NCBI GenBank assembly: GCA_002633005.1
Contig: NMRA01000259.1
Coordinates: 296,934 to 344,003 of the forward strand
DNA: 47,070 nucleotides
DNA from: Phoronis australis
Lineage: Eukaryota; Animalia; Phoronida
Direction of reading: 5' to 3'
The notes under the pieces were generated by a model. That model saw nothing but the letters and a program-made list of their open reading frames with translations. It made no database searches and was not told where the DNA came from. Below are positions 44,276 through 47,070 of the stretch, in pieces. The position numbers and the translations under genes were made by a program. How positions within the stretch are numbered: position 1 is the first letter of the stretch; each line of letters opens with the position of its first letter.

Positions 44276-47042
44276 ATTTTGTTTCAATATGATGGCATAG
44301 AAAATTTTATTTGTGGTGCAATTTCGTTTTGTGCTTTTGCTGTACAAGGAGCTTAAACCATACAATATGGATGTATGTCATTATTGCATTTTAAGCGAAA
44401 TATTTAGTTTATCATTTGGACCTTTAAATTCAAAAATCTGTTACGCGTTTTTCTCAAATTATGATCAGGTTTGTGTTATTCCTTTGAATATATTTGGTCT
44501 TTCCGACTCTCATCGGACTAATAATGGGTGCGCGCATGCTTCTAACCAAGAACGCGCTAACGGGCAATGTTCTCGGGCGTTGCTTAAAGTTGGAAGCTGT
44601 GTACTTTGTCCTGAGCTCAGCTGTGAACTGAATTGCGTTTTTAACTACCCAGATATAATGCCCTGCAGTTCGTGGGCTTGTACATTTTGGTATTGCATGT
44701 TTTGCAAGGTGCAAAGCATTTTATTAATTTAATTTTTGAATGTGAAAACGTAAATAGTTTTCTTTATTATTACGTAGTAATATGTGAACGTCTTGGATGA
44801 CGAAAGAAGCGAAACGATTTGAAATTGTTTGAGTCGGAAGACGTAATGTTATTGGTTGTTTGGCTTTTTGCTGCAGAGTGTCCAGCTGCTACAAAGGAGC
44901 TAGCTATATAGTTAGCTTGGGTCAGCTTTAGAATGTCCATTGAAGGATATGCCACCAAATTTGAGGAATTCTGCGTCAATTCAACTCCATTACGCGTAGT
45001 TCCATTTAATAACAGCACATTCAGACAGTCGATGGTGCAAAAATTTATTGATATGGTCTCTGTCTCGCGTTTAATCAGTCTATTGTAATACGGCCATGTG
45101 ATATCGTTTTTCGTATTCACCTCCCGCGGTTCGATCATCAAACTTTCCGAATATAGTTTAAAGTAATACAATTGCAGAAGTATAAATAACACACGACATG
45201 CAATCAGGTCCCAAACGTAACATATGGTACAAAACTGCTAATTACATGGCCCTTTTGTCTCAGTTCTCAATCGCTAAATATTATATCGTCTGCAACTCAG
45301 GCGCTGATTCCTCGGTAACTGCAATATCAAATGTTGTTATTTTCAGGAAATGTTAGAAGTTCAATGCACAATTACCTTTGTTTTCATCTTTGATATCTCT
45401 TTTCAAGTAAGCAATTGTTACATTTAAAACTGTTTCTTTTACTAGAGAAAACTTGTAACCTAACGCGCAAGAAAAACATATATAGGATGCGGTCCAACAC
45501 CTGAAACAGTATGGGTGAAGTATTTAAAAAAATTGCTGAAAAAATGAAAGAAACTAGGAATTCGAAGCGTGTGGGATAAATACAAACTTCGGACGAGGTC
45601 GATAAGCAGAATAATGTTTCGTGGGATATTACTTCATCTGCGCCACTCTCGGTACGTTTTGTGTATTTATGCTAATACTAGCCTGTGGCGTGAATGAGTC
45701 GTGACTGCGTATTCCGTATTTCAGAACCTTATTGCCTGACCTCATCGTTCTGCACTAATGAAGCATTAAAAAGCGATGCAAAACCCGTATGAATACCTTA
45801 CATTTCATCCTAAAGAGTTGTTTAATTTCATAATTGCTGATTTCTTAGAAAGTTGAAAGTTCGTCTGAAGTCAGCTGCAGTTTCGAGGCCAGCGATTTTC
45901 CCAGACTGTCCGCTGAACTTATGATCTTGCTGTTGGTGATAAGTGTATGGACCTTTCCGCAACACAGCGCATCGTCCAGTCAGAACGCCCACAGTATTCA
46001 CTGCGATGTCTTTGTTGCTATTCACAAGCGGCAGCATTTTTAGAATTTGCCGGGTAAGGATCGGGTGCTTTGTTTAAAGAAATGGTGAGAATTTGCACCT
46101 CGGGAACATGTACCGTTGATTGCCGATACCCATAGAAATTGCAGGGAATCCGATTAATACTACATGGGAAATTTCATCAGTAAGGAAGTGGTTTCTTTTG
46201 CAAAGGGGTGGGGCGTAAAAAAGATCACTAGTAGCGTCCATTTAAAAAAAAATCTAGTTATGCTCCTATACATTAAAATAGCTAGCCTAATGTATTTTGC
46301 TGTGTCCTTAGGTCTACTCTATGAGAGTATCCCCTGAGAAAAGTCACAGGGTACGCCAATTACAACGAGAGTTGGAGTTACATAAAAGCAATAATTTCAC
46401 CAGTGTTTACTAACACTTACCCAACAGTGTAAGCACAAAACGAATCTAAAATATTTTCTTTCCTCAAGATCATCACCTTTCCCAAGATGGTTGACTGAAA
46501 GTCGTCGGGAATTTTCTCCAGATTACCCGTGTCAACTGCACTGGCAAACGTCATTTTCTTCTTAGCTTGTGATGCGTGGCAACAATAACTAATATAGATG
46601 TCGCTATCCGTCCGATCTCGGAAAGGTCCACTGCAGACCACAATTTAAGCCCATTTATGTAATAAAGAAAGATCATCGCCCTGTATTGTAATTTAGTCAC
46701 GACGAATTGTTCAGGTTTAGTGACGTTAACTTTCGTTTATAGACCTAATTCACGCGGCAGACATTAAAATCCAAAGCGAGACTCATAGTCGGTGGGCCAG
46801 ATCTCATAGCGTTCATCCTTGTGAGTACTTTCGGGGGGCAACCTAGTTTTTTCTATGTGGCTAGATAATATACCTATAAATCAAATTCCAAAAAGTTCCC
46901 ACGTCTACACTTGTACATTTTTTTAAAAAAGGTGTTTTTGTTGCACAAAATATGATGCACATTCCTGCCACTTGGTGGCGCTTTTCTATTGAATTGACCA
47001 ATCAGAGAGCCAGATTGTATTGTTGTGCTTAGTTACTTCAAT

Positions 47043-47070
47043 ATGGCTGCTCCCATGGAGTGTGATGCCT
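47043..47070 (+). CDS. Possible start of the next gene (MAAPMECDA..., runs off the window)
   Basis: aatATGGCTGC YY1-like start context, CCAAT box (gaccaatcag, about 46996) and a CTCF-like gccacttggtggcgc (about 46967) upstream; only 9 codons visible. Confidence 0.4.

Noticed and set aside
44770-45192. 140-aa minus-strand ORF as a gene
   Set aside because: No recognisable domain, no ATG at the called start and no convincing acceptor; left unassigned.

Overview
Eukaryotic (animal, most likely marine invertebrate) intron-rich genomic DNA, so the ORF track only catches exon fragments. By manual GT-AG splice reconstruction I find three complete genes. (1) A 5-exon isopentenyl phosphate kinase (IPK, amino-acid-kinase fold; + strand, 203-7757, 277 aa). 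(2) A 12-coding-exon, ~1020 aa type I receptor (+ strand, 17194-38887). It joins an OPG/DR6-like four-CRD TNF-receptor ectodomain and a TM helix to a cytoplasmic tail with a probable degenerate death domain, a ZU5 domain ending in an HF|T putative autoproteolysis motif, a UPA-like region and a C-terminal death domain, i.e. a TNFR with an UNC5/PIDD-type tail. This is the most unusual feature. (3) A convergent 3-exon non-RD protein kinase (- strand, 44211-41531, 535 aa). A fourth gene may start at the very end (47043, MAAPMECDA). Introns and intergenic DNA hold degraded Tx1/L1-like and CR1/L2-like LINEs, a Helentron-associated (HINE-like) element with a tandem array of CTCF-like motifs, IS3EU-like and Harbinger-like MITEs (one nested, with clear TSDs), a THAP-remnant DNA transposon, a 1.4-kb foldback with tRNA-like A/B boxes in both arms, palindromes and minisatellites. 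All gene models are manual and need transcript confirmation.
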